NCBI GenBank assembly: GCA_946965045.2
Contig: OX337229.1
Location: forward strand, 3,844,001 to 3,908,000
Length of the DNA stretch: 64,000 nucleotides
Direction of reading: 5' to 3'
Source of the DNA: Epithemia pelagica
Taxonomy: Eukaryota > Protista > Bacillariophyta
The first letter of the stretch is position 1. Each line of letters opens with the position of its first letter. The notes under the pieces were generated by a model. That model saw nothing but the letters and a program-made list of their open reading frames with translations. It ran no database searches and was not told the DNA's origin. The translations under genes were made by a program, and so were the position numbers. Below, piece after piece: positions 10,274 to 20,229 of this stretch.

Positions 10274-11266
10274 CTAGAGCACAACAATTCGCTCTCCTAT
10301 CAAGAACGGTGACTCTTTGCCTCCAGACTTTTCACAGTCTTTCCTCCGCTTGAGACTGTCTGTAGGTGGCACAAAGACCAAATTTTCCAGTTCGGGCTCC
10401 CTCCCAAAATCCGGTCTTACCATTTCCAAGATTACGGCAAACAGCTCCGAAACCTTGATCTCTGGTGACGATCCCCCTTTTCCTGCCGCACGATAAGCTT
10501 CCTCTAGCTGACGTTGGTTAAAATACAACGGGATTTTCTCTGTTCCTTTCAGTTTGAAATCTTCAATGTAGAACACAGGTACTTTCCCTTCGGCCAGATC
10601 GTCTTTACCAGTAAGAGCCAAGGCATCCTCAATGTTCCCCGCAGAGGCTGCTATCTGGAAATATGCACCTTTCTTTGACCTTGAGACGACCGTGATTGCA
10701 AAGTCAAGTGGGACAGACGATATGCGTGCATTGATCCATGGATTCACAAATACCTCTCCCGACTGACGGGGGTCCTTCTTTGCTTCTGCAATCGCTTGTG
10801 TAGCGCTTTTTCGTGCAATATCCAGTATACGCTTCGCTTCATAGTAGTCCGTGAAGAAATAGCCAGTCACTTTGGCATCTTCTCCAACCACCATAAAGGG
10901 TGCACCCTTGGGGTCCACAAGTGTAAATGTGGGTACATTGCGAAGCCGATCGGAAATTTGATAGGTCGAAACAAGGCCTGTCGAGTTCGCCCCAGTCCCT
11001 TCCAATGCTTCCCCAGCCAATGGCTCACCAAAGATCGTCGTGAGAAACGATACCGAGCTTGAAGTAATACTAAAAATGGCAGCTCTTCGACCTTTGTTGC
11101 ACGGCGGATCGCTCGTTTCTAAATCGCCCCCCAATACTTTCGAGAGGGAACCCACGGACTCTCTAAAGGTCTGTGCCGTATAGCTCCGTAGAGAGGATGG
11201 TGACTGCCAAGAATTTCCATGTTGTGCAAGCAGAAGTAAGATGATGAACGTAGAAACGGATCCCAT
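10274..11266 (-). CDS. TIC22: Tic22-family plastid import chaperone-like protein
   Basis: Signal peptide plus transit-like region, then LRNVPTFTLVDPKGAPFMV...YFFTDYYEAK, KVPVFY and KIPLYFNQRQLEEA. Confidence 0.75.
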   Translation of the reverse strand: MGSVSTFIILLLLAQHGNSWQSPSSLRSYTAQTFRESVGSLSKVLGGDLETSDPPCNKGRRAAIFSITSSSVSFLTTIFGEPLAGEALEGTGANSTGLVSTYQISDRLRNVPTFTLVDPKGAPFMVVGEDAKVTGYFFTDYYEAKRILDIARKSATQAIAEAKKDPRQSGEVFVNPWINARISSVPLDFAITVVSRSKKGAYFQIAASAGNIEDALALTGKDDLAEGKVPVFYIEDFKLKGTEKIPLYFNQRQLEEAYRAAGKGGSSPEIKVSELFAVILEMVRPDFGREPELENLVFVPPTDSLKRRKDCEKSGGKESPFLIGERIVVL

Positions 11267-11465
11267 CGTCGTTGTGATCGAGAAATTTTGAATGATGTGT
11301 GAGTAAATGCGTACGTATTAAACGCGACTAAGAGGCCACTACTAACTATTCAGTACCATGCAAGCGCGGACGTCTCGTTGCCACCACTGAACCACATCTC
11401 GGTGACCAAAGCTGGTGAATTCGTAGACGGCTTAGATTGGAAAGTTTCACAAAGGGACTGCAACA

Positions 11466-12420
11466 ATGTCAGAAACAGAAAAGGTAGAGACAGCAGAGGA
11501 TGAAGTGGAGGAGGAGGAGGAAGAAGAAGATATTGAGAAATTGCAAGCTGAAATTGCACGAATGGAAGCGGAAGCTGCTCAAATCACGAAGGAAAACGAA
11601 GAACTGGCGAAAAAGAAGGATACACCATCAGGGAATGACGGAACGGCGGGAGGAGGGACAGCCTCAGGGGATGCTACGGGAAGCGAGAAGCCGACAAAGG
11701 ATTCGTAAGTTCGAACTATCTTATCCTGATTATGTGTGCTGGATCCAGCAATGATTGAATATTTGAATCACCCAACCTTGACGACCAAATTTCCGCCAGA
11801 TGTTCTATTTACGTGGGACAAGTTGATTACTCAGCTACTCCGGAAGAGCTTGTTTCGCATTTTGGTGCTTGTGGCACAATAGAAAGAGTTACAATTGTTT
11901 GCGATAAATATACCGGGAAACCCAAAGGTATGTACAAGTATACAAGAGTTTGAAGCTTGGGAAATCCATGAACATATTTTTGGATTTTTGTTGACGAGGG
12001 TTCTTGTTTTTTCTTTAGGGTTTGCGTACTTGGAATTTCAGGTAGGGAAAGTAACTCAGAATATTTTGAATGTTTACAGCGACGGGTTCTCGTCATTGGT
12101 CTTTATGAAAATTTGAATTTCGTTGCAGAAGCGTGATTTGCAATGGCTCAACTTTCTATTACTTCATCGTTACTCGTGGACAGGAAGAATCATCAGTTGA
12201 GAATGCAGTGAAGCTTGATGGATCGGAATTCAAAGGGCGCAACCTAAAGGTAACGGCAAAGCGTGTGAACGTACCAAACTTTCATGCGCCCGGCCCTGGC
12301 CGTGGTCGTGGTGGACGAGGTGGTCGAGGACCACCAGGGCGCGGCTTTCGTGGTCGTGGGAGAGGATACCGTGGCGGCTTTCGAGGCGGTGGACGTGGAG
12401 GCTACCACCCATACTACTGA
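11466..12420 (+). CDS. PABPN1: Nuclear polyadenylate-binding protein 2; 4 exons (11466-11704, 11800-11927, 12019-12041, 12184-12420)
   Basis: Acidic/coiled N-terminus. The spliced RRM reads [80 protein letters not shown], followed by an RGG tail. Confidence 0.92.
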
Positions 12421-12810
12421 TTTTGTTGGACACACTTTAGGCGGAGATCGGTTGATCTGATGGTAAGTTGTTGTTTTCAAATGTAATTGTTCATGCACAA
12501 TTCTCTCTTGTTGCTACGAGAAGGTGTCAGAAATACACCTTGACGAGGCTTTAATCGGACCCATCTATAGTAACCAAAACAAAAAATTTGAAAAACTCTT
12601 CGTAGTTTGAGTATCTTAATTGTATTTCAGCTACAGAAACATCACGTAGAAATTATGGATATATCGACTCAAGAGTTGACGGAATAAAGTACAACTTACG
12701 CGGTGGAATGGATAAGACCTGTTTGATCCGCGTGATGCCACGATTTGGCTTCATGGTCTCTTGGCAAAACTGTTGGTTGGAGAACGAGACACAATCTGTA
12801 CCCCAACCGA

Positions 12811-13665
12811 TTAAAGTTTAGACTCTACCCACCCGAGGAGTTGATCCTTCATCAGAGCCCCTTCAATCCGATCTGTCTCTTTTCCATTTACGAAAAGAAT
12901 CAAAGTTGGCAGTCCTTGCACTTTTAGGGAAGATGCTTGTTCTGGATGTTTGTCAGTGTCCATCTTTGCAACGCGAACTCGATCACCAAGCTCCTTGGCC
13001 ACTTCGACAAGTTGGGGTGCCATCATTTGACAAGGGCCACACCAAACAGCATAGGCGTCGAGGAGTAATGGGGTGTCTGTTTTTGCAAGCTCCGCAACCA
13101 ACTCCGTCCCGCTTAAATCCCCAACTTCTCCTGGAGAGATTGAACCAGTGGCGGAGAAAATGGCCGCACTCATCCGAGCGCGGAATACAGCTTGTACAAG
13201 GTCTTCTTTTTCGATGAGACCCGCCCATCTTATGCTGCGTCGAGCTAACTCCTCTCGAAGCTGTCTTGCTTTCATGGATCGCACTTCTTCCAATATGGAC
13301 TGGTCGTCCTTTGTCGCCATATTTTGGGTGGTGTCTATGTTCTCATTGTCAGAGGTCGGAGGATCAACATTTCTTGATTCTCCACCAGAAAAACTATAGT
13401 CCTTAGATTCTTTCCATCTTGATATCAAACTTTCTTTGTCGAAGCAGTCTGCAAACGACACTCCTCGTTCCGACAATTCTTTCTTGATCTCAGATACGGA
13501 TGGAGAAACATCTTGTGAAGACCCATAGAGCCGACAAAGGTTTCCATATCTCAATTCAGGGCCTCTTGGAATCGTAAGAGAAAGCACTAAGTTGGTACAA
13601 AGGCACAACAGTACAAGTATCGCACAGTCAAGTCTGATGATGATACGGATACGGATATTGGCCAT
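12811..13665 (-). CDS. Thioredoxin (WCGPC, Trx-y/x-like) with signal peptide and extended N-terminus
   Basis: LLDAYAVWCGPCQMMAPQL...VAKMDTDKHP...VQGLPTLILF; hydrophobic leader. Confidence 0.88.
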   Translation of the reverse strand: MANIRIRIIIRLDCAILVLLCLCTNLVLSLTIPRGPELRYGNLCRLYGSSQDVSPSVSEIKKELSERGVSFADCFDKESLISRWKESKDYSFSGGESRNVDPPTSDNENIDTTQNMATKDDQSILEEVRSMKARQLREELARRSIRWAGLIEKEDLVQAVFRARMSAAIFSATGSISPGEVGDLSGTELVAELAKTDTPLLLDAYAVWCGPCQMMAPQLVEVAKELGDRVRVAKMDTDKHPEQASSLKVQGLPTLILFVNGKETDRIEGALMKDQLLGWVESKL

Positions 13666-13928
13666 GGTCTCGACCTCAGATTTTATGAATGGTGGTCGGA
13701 CTATCGGCGACTGATGGGGTTCGCCATGTGTGCGTGCGTGAAACCAAAATTTTCAGCGTTTATAAAGGTAGCGAAAAATCATTTCCTTATGTTCAATAAT
13801 TTATTCTAACGCTCAGTAGTCGACCCTTTGCGGTTGGAGTGTCGCCACAATGGCATGTGTTGATGGCATCAACTGCACTCCACTACCGAACGACGCCTTT
13901 CGGATCCATAAGATAAGAGCTTTCTATA

Positions 13929-14377
13929 ATGTCTGACCCTTTGCCGCAATCGACCACTGAGGCTGAACTCATGTCGCGAACAGAGGTATGTGATCTTGTG
14001 TTCTCCAGTGTTTCGAGCGCCCAATAGAGACTACCTTCCTCTCACATCATCGCGTTGCCTGGTCTATGGTGTCTCTTTTCCAGGTATCTCGAAACATTTG
14101 TCCCAAAATTTTGTATGAGTACGATCAAAAGTTGCAAAAACAAGTTTCACCGCACGATCGAAAACCCTGGGTGGACAAAGTGATGGCATGCTACAAATGG
14201 GGAATTGACAAAGTCGTCGATACTCCTTGCGAGGAAATCCGCGACGCCTATCACAAGTGTTTGTTGAAGGATGGATTTCGGAGACACACTGACTGCTATC
14301 ATTTCAAGGATACCTTGGGCAAGTGCGTTGTCAAGCATGTTCCCAGCTTTGAACCGGAGACTAACACGATTATCTAG
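13929..14377 (+). CDS. Twin CX9C (CHCH) mitochondrial intermembrane-space protein; 2 exons (intron 13986-14083)
   Basis: CEEIRDAYHKC and CYHFKDTLGKC are both C-X9-C; canonical GTATGT...TTCCAG phase-0 intron. Confidence 0.65.
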
Positions 14378-14563
14378 GTAGTGTTACATCTGAATGTTGC
14401 CTACCTAGCAAGGGACACGAGTGCAGACTCACTTAATCGCTCGTTTGTTTGTGTCAAAACGTTCACTGCTCGGAGTCTCGGCTGTATGCATTTTATATAT
14501 CGCAATGGGACATCCACAATGTGCGTCAAGAGTAACAATATAGATTCCACAGTTTTTGGCGCT

Positions 14564-15079
14564 CTATTTGTTGCCGTCTTGTTTCACCATGATTCTTCGT
14601 TTGATTCCCTCGTGCCACTCCAGGTTTTCCTTCCATACGCTCCCGCCGTCGCCTTCGTATTGTTCCAGTTTCCATATTGGAACTCGCGCCTTGAGTTCAT
14701 CGATGAGAAATTCGCAACACTGGATTGCCTCTCTACGATGGGGACTGGCGGTCACTAAGATCACACTAGCCTTTCCCACTGGACAGGTACCTAATATATG
14801 AGCCGCGGCGATCCGTTTGACAGAGGAAAACTTTTGTCTGGCTTCGTCGCACAGCTTCAGCAGCTCCTGCTCCGCCATCGGCACATAGCCCTCGTAGCTG
14901 AGTTTTGCTACTTTTTTGTCTTGAAAATGATCACGAGTAATGCCGACAAAAGACGACACCGCTCCGCATGAAGGATCGGCAGCACAAAACGAGTAACATT
15001 GTTCAAGAGTTGGTATGTCCTCGGAGACTCGTATCATATTTAGCGAAGATGAATGAACATCATTGTCCTTTGTACTCAT
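14564..15079 (-). CDS. MOCS2: Molybdopterin synthase catalytic subunit (MoaE/MOCS2B)
   Basis: CGAVSSFVGITRDHF, LSYEGYVPMA, AHILGTCPVGKASV, SPHRREA and LKARVPIWKLE. Confidence 0.93.
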   Translation of the reverse strand: MSTKDNDVHSSSLNMIRVSEDIPTLEQCYSFCAADPSCGAVSSFVGITRDHFQDKKVAKLSYEGYVPMAEQELLKLCDEARQKFSSVKRIAAAHILGTCPVGKASVILVTASPHRREAIQCCEFLIDELKARVPIWKLEQYEGDGGSVWKENLEWHEGIKRRIMVKQDGNK

Positions 15080-15217
15080 CGTTTCGGTTATGCACTTTCT
15101 TTTTGCGTGAGGGTTTGGTTGTAACTTGTAACCTTAGCGGCCGGTGTGGTCAGTGAAAAGATGCCGCACATATTACCCCCAAGTTGGGGTGAGTTGGGTC
15201 GCACTTATTGTATGCAT

Positions 15218-15286
15218 AAGCCGCTGATCAAGGACACCAACAGCGCATTTTGCTGGGACATAAGCGACGAGGATTTGGAACTGGCC
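15218..15286 (+). pseudogene. 69-bp duplicated fragment of the adjacent Nudix gene
   Basis: 66/69 identical to 17829-17897, which encodes AADQGRQQRILLGHKQRGFGTG. Confidence 0.9.
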
Positions 15287-15554
15287 GGATCAGACCTGCA
15301 GATCGAAAACTGTGCATAAGGGCAGCCACAACAAGCGAATCAGGCAACAGTAAACAGCAGCGCTTAGATTAGACCCACATCAGTTTATTTGGCGCTGCAC
15401 TTAGTTTATAGTGGATTGGCAACCCTTTTCCTTGACGGTACCATACCATATCGTTCTAGGTATGGTCGAAACTCTCCGCACCTCCGTTACACATAGGGCT
15501 GGACAAGGAAAGTGAAAAAACCAATATCTTAAAGAGATGAAAGTCTTTTAGAGA

Positions 15555-16961
15555 CTATATGGACATAGACTCTCCAAGTGTAAGAACATACTGATCCATC
15601 GTAGCTGGTGAACCAGCAAGTTTCTTTGTAACAATATGCTCGTCCGGGGTAACAACGATAAAAGTACTGCCCAGTGCCGCAGTTACGGTTGTCACCTTTT
15701 CCGACAGTGGTTTGCTCTTTCCTGCTTTCATTTGCAACATGTAACAGGAATTTGTTGCAGAAACAAAAGCGGAGTCAATCACTGGGTAGTTCGGAAGGTA
15801 CGGCAACATGTATCCGCCACCTTTTCGGTGAATTTCATCTCTCTGTGTTGCCAATCGTTCAACGTTGTTGTCCTTCAAGCGATACATGTTGGCCCGTGGA
15901 GGAATAATGACCGGCATCGTAACAGAGGAAGAAATGGCGTTTTGGTTCAATTTTTTGGCTGTGCCGTCAACCCCGTGAACAAGAAGTTTCTTGTGAGCGT
16001 AAGCCTCAAAGCGTATTCCCCTAAGCGTTCCCATGGTTTCGTCAGTGCCTTCGTAGAGACTCCAGAGTTTTTGGACGTCCATTTCTAGCAAACGCTCTCG
16101 AAGGAGCTTAAGAGCATTGTCGCAGCAGAGCTCGATCTGGTAGTTTGTAAAACTCTCATCTGGAACTAGATGATACAAGCCCCAAAGACTTTTGAATTGA
16201 GATGTAACACTCCCACTATCGATGCGTCGAGGACTGACAACAAGATCATTCAAGGCGAAATTTTGCCGATCCGAAATGTCCTTGATCACTGAATCATCGA
16301 ACCCTGTTGGAGGCACAGGCGCTTTCTGTTCCATCAAAAGACGAGGCACGCCTCCAGCTTGGTCAAAACGCTTTCGAAGTTCGTCGGCAGAGACAGCGGA
16401 GGCATAACAACTTATTCTCATAGCATCCGCTTCTTCCAAGCTGGTCGGGCCCATATACAGTAGCTGCTTTTGCTTCGCATCTTTGAGTATCTTGGAGCAA
16501 TTTCCTGGGTCCGGAGACATGGCAATCAAAACATTTTTCCCACAGAACATGGATATGTCCATTTGCTGCGTTTCGAGTGGGTTTTCTTGCGTGTCGTACA
16601 AGACGTAGTCAACTTCGCTGGCTCGTTTGTCGGCTATCACTTCTGCCAGCATAATTTCCTCCGGCTCGCTGGAGTGGCCGTTCTTATACAGACGTACTCT
16701 ACCGCGAGGGCCGAGAATCACCATGACACTTTTGGATTCGGATATGAGTAGTAGCTTCGATAAGGCGTAATCTAGGAAAAAGGACTTTCCGATACCCGGT
16801 GTACCCTTCAACACAACTAGCGCGCAGCCGCTTTGCCAGGCTGTCTGGCATCGTTGATATATTTCTGAATAACACGGTCGATCAAAAATCACTTCCTCTT
16901 GTGCAACTGGCCACTTCTTCCAGACCGAGTTTGCTGGAACATTCACTACGGCCATTGTCAT
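15555..16961 (-). CDS. Crinkler/RHS-type P-loop NTPase fused to a restriction-endonuclease-fold domain (468 aa, intronless, no N-terminal header domain)
   Basis: Walker A GTPGIGKS, Walker B-like VDYVLYD, YMGPTSLEE and RFDQAGGVPR, then RGIRFEAYAH...PYLPNYPVIDSAF...MLQMKAG. The track start is TTG; the first ATG is at 16961. Confidence 0.75.
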   Translation of the reverse strand: MTMAVVNVPANSVWKKWPVAQEEVIFDRPCYSEIYQRCQTAWQSGCALVVLKGTPGIGKSFFLDYALSKLLLISESKSVMVILGPRGRVRLYKNGHSSEPEEIMLAEVIADKRASEVDYVLYDTQENPLETQQMDISMFCGKNVLIAMSPDPGNCSKILKDAKQKQLLYMGPTSLEEADAMRISCYASAVSADELRKRFDQAGGVPRLLMEQKAPVPPTGFDDSVIKDISDRQNFALNDLVVSPRRIDSGSVTSQFKSLWGLYHLVPDESFTNYQIELCCDNALKLLRERLLEMDVQKLWSLYEGTDETMGTLRGIRFEAYAHKKLLVHGVDGTAKKLNQNAISSSVTMPVIIPPRANMYRLKDNNVERLATQRDEIHRKGGGYMLPYLPNYPVIDSAFVSATNSCYMLQMKAGKSKPLSEKVTTVTAALGSTFIVVTPDEHIVTKKLAGSPATMDQYVLTLGESMSI

Positions 16962-17296
16962 CGATGACGATGACGATGACGATGCTGAGGATATATACTG
17001 TATAATAATTGATGTTGCGCACGACAGACGAGTGACAGGCCGGCGCGTCGAGAGCGCGGCGACATCTGTCACACTGCATTGTCTTCCTGGAGCCAAGGCT
17101 CATTCTTTGTCCGTGGCCCGCTGGAAGAATAGCGACTGTACCTGTTGTCCGCAAGTCACTGACTGTGTGGTCAGTGAAAAGATCTCGCACATATATGTGG
17201 TCAGTGAAAAGATATTGAGAGACAAATCGATCAACCTGTCATTTTTTTCTGTGTTGGATACATCATCTCAAACAAACCACCCATCCTCTCATTTTG

Positions 17297-18487
17297 ATGG
17301 TTGCGCTCCTTCCTCTAACCTCGAAACCGCGACAGATGATCCTGGTCCTAGTCTTGAGCACTTGGAACCATCTCATTCCTGTACAACAAGGACTTGTTAG
17401 GGGTGCAACCACGAGACGAGTTTCATCCTTCTCCTGTTTTCATCGTTGCTTCTCGTCGTCATCTTTGTCTTCGTTGTCTTCTCCGGTATTGAGGTGGAGG
17501 CGCCTATCACATCCACATATTAGAATCAGTAGAGGCTTACCAGCTCACATGGAAGAGTCTCCAAACAAAACCCTTTCCCCTGATTCTCGGAAGGTCAGTG
17601 CTCTCGCCAGTCCACTACAACGCGACGAGTTAGACGCCCAAATCCGGGGTTTCTTTCGAAACATTCTGCCCGTGGAACGATTGGGCCATGTTTGCCATTC
17701 CCACCAAGAATTCAGTGAGCGACTCCGACAGGCCCAACAACAAAACAACGATGTTGATGTACAGCCAGCGAACACAGGCGCTTCACCACAAATCACTAAT
17801 AAAGTTTTTACCCTGGTGGTTGTGACAGAAGCCGCTGATCAAGGACGCCAACAGCGCATTTTGCTGGGACACAAGCAACGAGGATTTGGAACTGGCCTGT
17901 TTAATGGCTTTGGTGGAAAATTGGAAGCAAATGAATCTCTTTTGGAGGGGGCACAACGTGAATTACTCGAAGAAACAGGCATTGATGTGCCGTTGGAGGA
18001 TCTTATCTCTGTCGGAACACTGCATTTCACCTTTGACGATGCTGTCGACTACGAAATGGAGGTTCATGTGTTTCGATTGCTTGTTTCCACCAACAAGAAC
18101 AGCCAGAAGACGACCTTCGAGAACGAAACGACCTACAAAAGATCAAGTCAGTCTCGTGCAGCGTCAGTGGTTTCATTGAGACATGATATCGTAGCCCCTT
18201 CCGCCAACGACGAGGGAAATTGCGATGACGTTGAAATCATTCCTCAATGGATTGAGGATTGGAGGGACATTCCACTTCATGATATGTTTGCAGATGACTC
18301 CGTTTGGTTGACACGCCTCTTGTTTTGGATGCAACAACAATCGGATGAAAGACAACTCTTGTCTCGGGCTGGATTCGTACTCAACGGGTGGTTTCATTTT
18401 TGTGCCGGAGGCGCCGAAATGAATACGTTGAAGCAATATTTTATTGACGTGCAAACAGCAGAAGTCCAGGGGAAAACACAATCATAG
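17297..18487 (+). CDS. NUDT1: Nudix hydrolase, MTH1/NUDT1-like oxidised-purine nucleoside triphosphatase
   Basis: RILLGHKQRGFGTGLFNGFGGKLEANESLLEGAQRELLEETGI (Nudix box) and IP..DMFADDSVWL. Confidence 0.82.
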   Translation: MVALLPLTSKPRQMILVLVLSTWNHLIPVQQGLVRGATTRRVSSFSCFHRCFSSSSLSSLSSPVLRWRRLSHPHIRISRGLPAHMEESPNKTLSPDSRKVSALASPLQRDELDAQIRGFFRNILPVERLGHVCHSHQEFSERLRQAQQQNNDVDVQPANTGASPQITNKVFTLVVVTEAADQGRQQRILLGHKQRGFGTGLFNGFGGKLEANESLLEGAQRELLEETGIDVPLEDLISVGTLHFTFDDAVDYEMEVHVFRLLVSTNKNSQKTTFENETTYKRSSQSRAASVVSLRHDIVAPSANDEGNCDDVEIIPQWIEDWRDIPLHDMFADDSVWLTRLLFWMQQQSDERQLLSRAGFVLNGWFHFCAGGAEMNTLKQYFIDVQTAEVQGKTQS

Positions 18488-18964
18488 GACACATTGCCAC
18501 ACCGCAAAAACTAATTCAACAAAGTGTCTACCTAGCATTTAGCATAAAAGGAAGAACTGAAAGAACAGGAAACACGAGCACACGTGGCCTTGTGATCTTA
18601 ACACAAACAAAACAAATTAGACTGAAGCGCAGCAGTCTCGCAAGCTTCACTCGCTCTCCGGGTATCTCTCATCATCCCATAACTTTGATGGCATAAATCG
18701 ATACTGGCTTGTTGTGTCCGACGCCACATTGACCCTCGTGACTGTAGTTTCAAATTACTTGAACTACAAGGTCCAACAAAGATCGTCTACAAAGAACTTA
18801 TTCCATTGGGCATGAGTTCAGGTAAATCATTTGTACCTCGAAAACTCCCACAGATCCATCAAACTTGACCACTCGCCCTGATGGTCTAGTCATCAATTTA
18901 GCCCAGGGACTAGACATCCAAGGAATGCTCTTGATGACAGTACCATCGGAAGAAAATCAGCATT

Positions 18965-19966
18965 CTAGCTTCTGTAATGTCCATTGACGGTACCCACTAT
19001 CTCGTTTCGCGCTCCGAATCGCCGTTTCCGGCTAGCGTACCAGTCCAATGCTTCTTGCAGAGCAGCGCGGTCAAAGTCAGGCCATAGAGTTGGAGTAAAG
19101 TACAATTCGGAGTAAGCAGTGTTCCACAACAGAAAATTGGACAAACGGCATTCGCCACTGGTCCGAATGACCAAATCTGGATCTGGGACACCATTAGTAC
19201 AGAGAAGCTGCGAGAAATCATCCTCGGATAGCTCATTGATGGAATCCGCACTGCCTTCTACGGCAGCTGCTCGGGCAAGCTTTTTGGCGGCCTCCAGGAT
19301 ATCCTTACGGCCTCCATAGTTGATTGCTAGACAAAGTGTATGCGACTGACTTGATTCATCGTCACACAATCTATCTGTTTCATGTTCGAGTTTGTCGAGT
19401 GCTTTTACGAGAGACGGAGGTATTCGACTGTCGCTTAAATCACCAAGTATTTGAACCCGGATATTGTCTCCTCGCTTCAAGAGCCGATCGTAAACGGTTT
19501 CCGCTGACCGTTCCATGACTGTAAATATATCAGCAATCTCTTTTTCAGATCGTTTCCAGTTTTCGGTGGAGAATCCATACATTGTACAGTACTTCACGCC
19601 CTTCTCTCTTAGACAAGGAAGCACCATATCGACTAGTCGATCGGCTCCAGCCGAATGGCCAGCGATTACTGGAAGTCCACGTTGTCGAGCCCATCGACTG
19701 TTTCCATCGCACACAAAGGCAACATGGTTAGGTACTGGTTCAGAAGAGGGTTTGACGAATTCAGTTTTATGATCATCCCTGTTCATGTCACGAGAGGCAG
19801 CCACTGGAATGTGCTTATCCGTTCTTCTTCGTTGGTTGCTGTTTGCACCATTGTGACCATTGTGATTGATGAGGCATAAGGTTGGTCCAATATGAAGAGA
19901 GAGCACGAGAATGAAAGAAGAAGGCAGCCGCTTCATTGTGTCTACGGTTGAGATAGAATAATCCAT
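18965..19966 (-). CDS. cis-prenyltransferase (UppS/polyprenyl diphosphate synthase family), likely plastid-targeted
   Basis: PNHVAFVCDGNSRWA, GFSTENWKR, AINYGGRKDI and DPDLVIRTSGECRLSNFLLWNTAYSELYF..TLWPDF. Confidence 0.93.
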   Translation of the reverse strand: MDYSISTVDTMKRLPSSFILVLSLHIGPTLCLINHNGHNGANSNQRRRTDKHIPVAASRDMNRDDHKTEFVKPSSEPVPNHVAFVCDGNSRWARQRGLPVIAGHSAGADRLVDMVLPCLREKGVKYCTMYGFSTENWKRSEKEIADIFTVMERSAETVYDRLLKRGDNIRVQILGDLSDSRIPPSLVKALDKLEHETDRLCDDESSQSHTLCLAINYGGRKDILEAAKKLARAAAVEGSADSINELSEDDFSQLLCTNGVPDPDLVIRTSGECRLSNFLLWNTAYSELYFTPTLWPDFDRAALQEALDWYASRKRRFGARNEIVGTVNGHYRS

Positions 19967-20229
19967 CTACAATCCGTAGAAAAGTGTGCGGCCATTGGCT
20001 GTGGGCGTCCAATAGGAGTCGGAGGCACACATTATATCTGCGACTGATAATGCCTGTTTCTTTTGCTGGACACGTCATAGATGAAGGTTGTTCAGCAACG
20101 GCCAATCATGACATTGTGATACGATGAATGGATGGCGAAGCTGACGATGCACTTCTAGGGTCCATACAATCTCACCATGTTTCATTCACACAACTGGATT
20201 CTTTTAAGTAACGAAGCATAGGTTAAATC

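Larger units (their letters stand above)
15144..17213 (+). repeat. 30-bp direct repeats bounding the NTPase-nuclease gene, plus an 18-bp third copy
   Basis: GTGTGGTCAGTGAAAAGATGCCGCACATAT (15144-15173) vs GTGTGGTCAGTGAAAAGATCTCGCACATAT (17165-17194), 28/30 identical; TGTGGTCAGTGAAAAGAT again at 17196-17213. Confidence 0.9.

Noticed and set aside
15080-15143. Bicistronic MOCS2A/MOCS2B arrangement as in animals
   Set aside because: No upstream or overlapping small-subunit ORF ending in Gly-Gly is visible.
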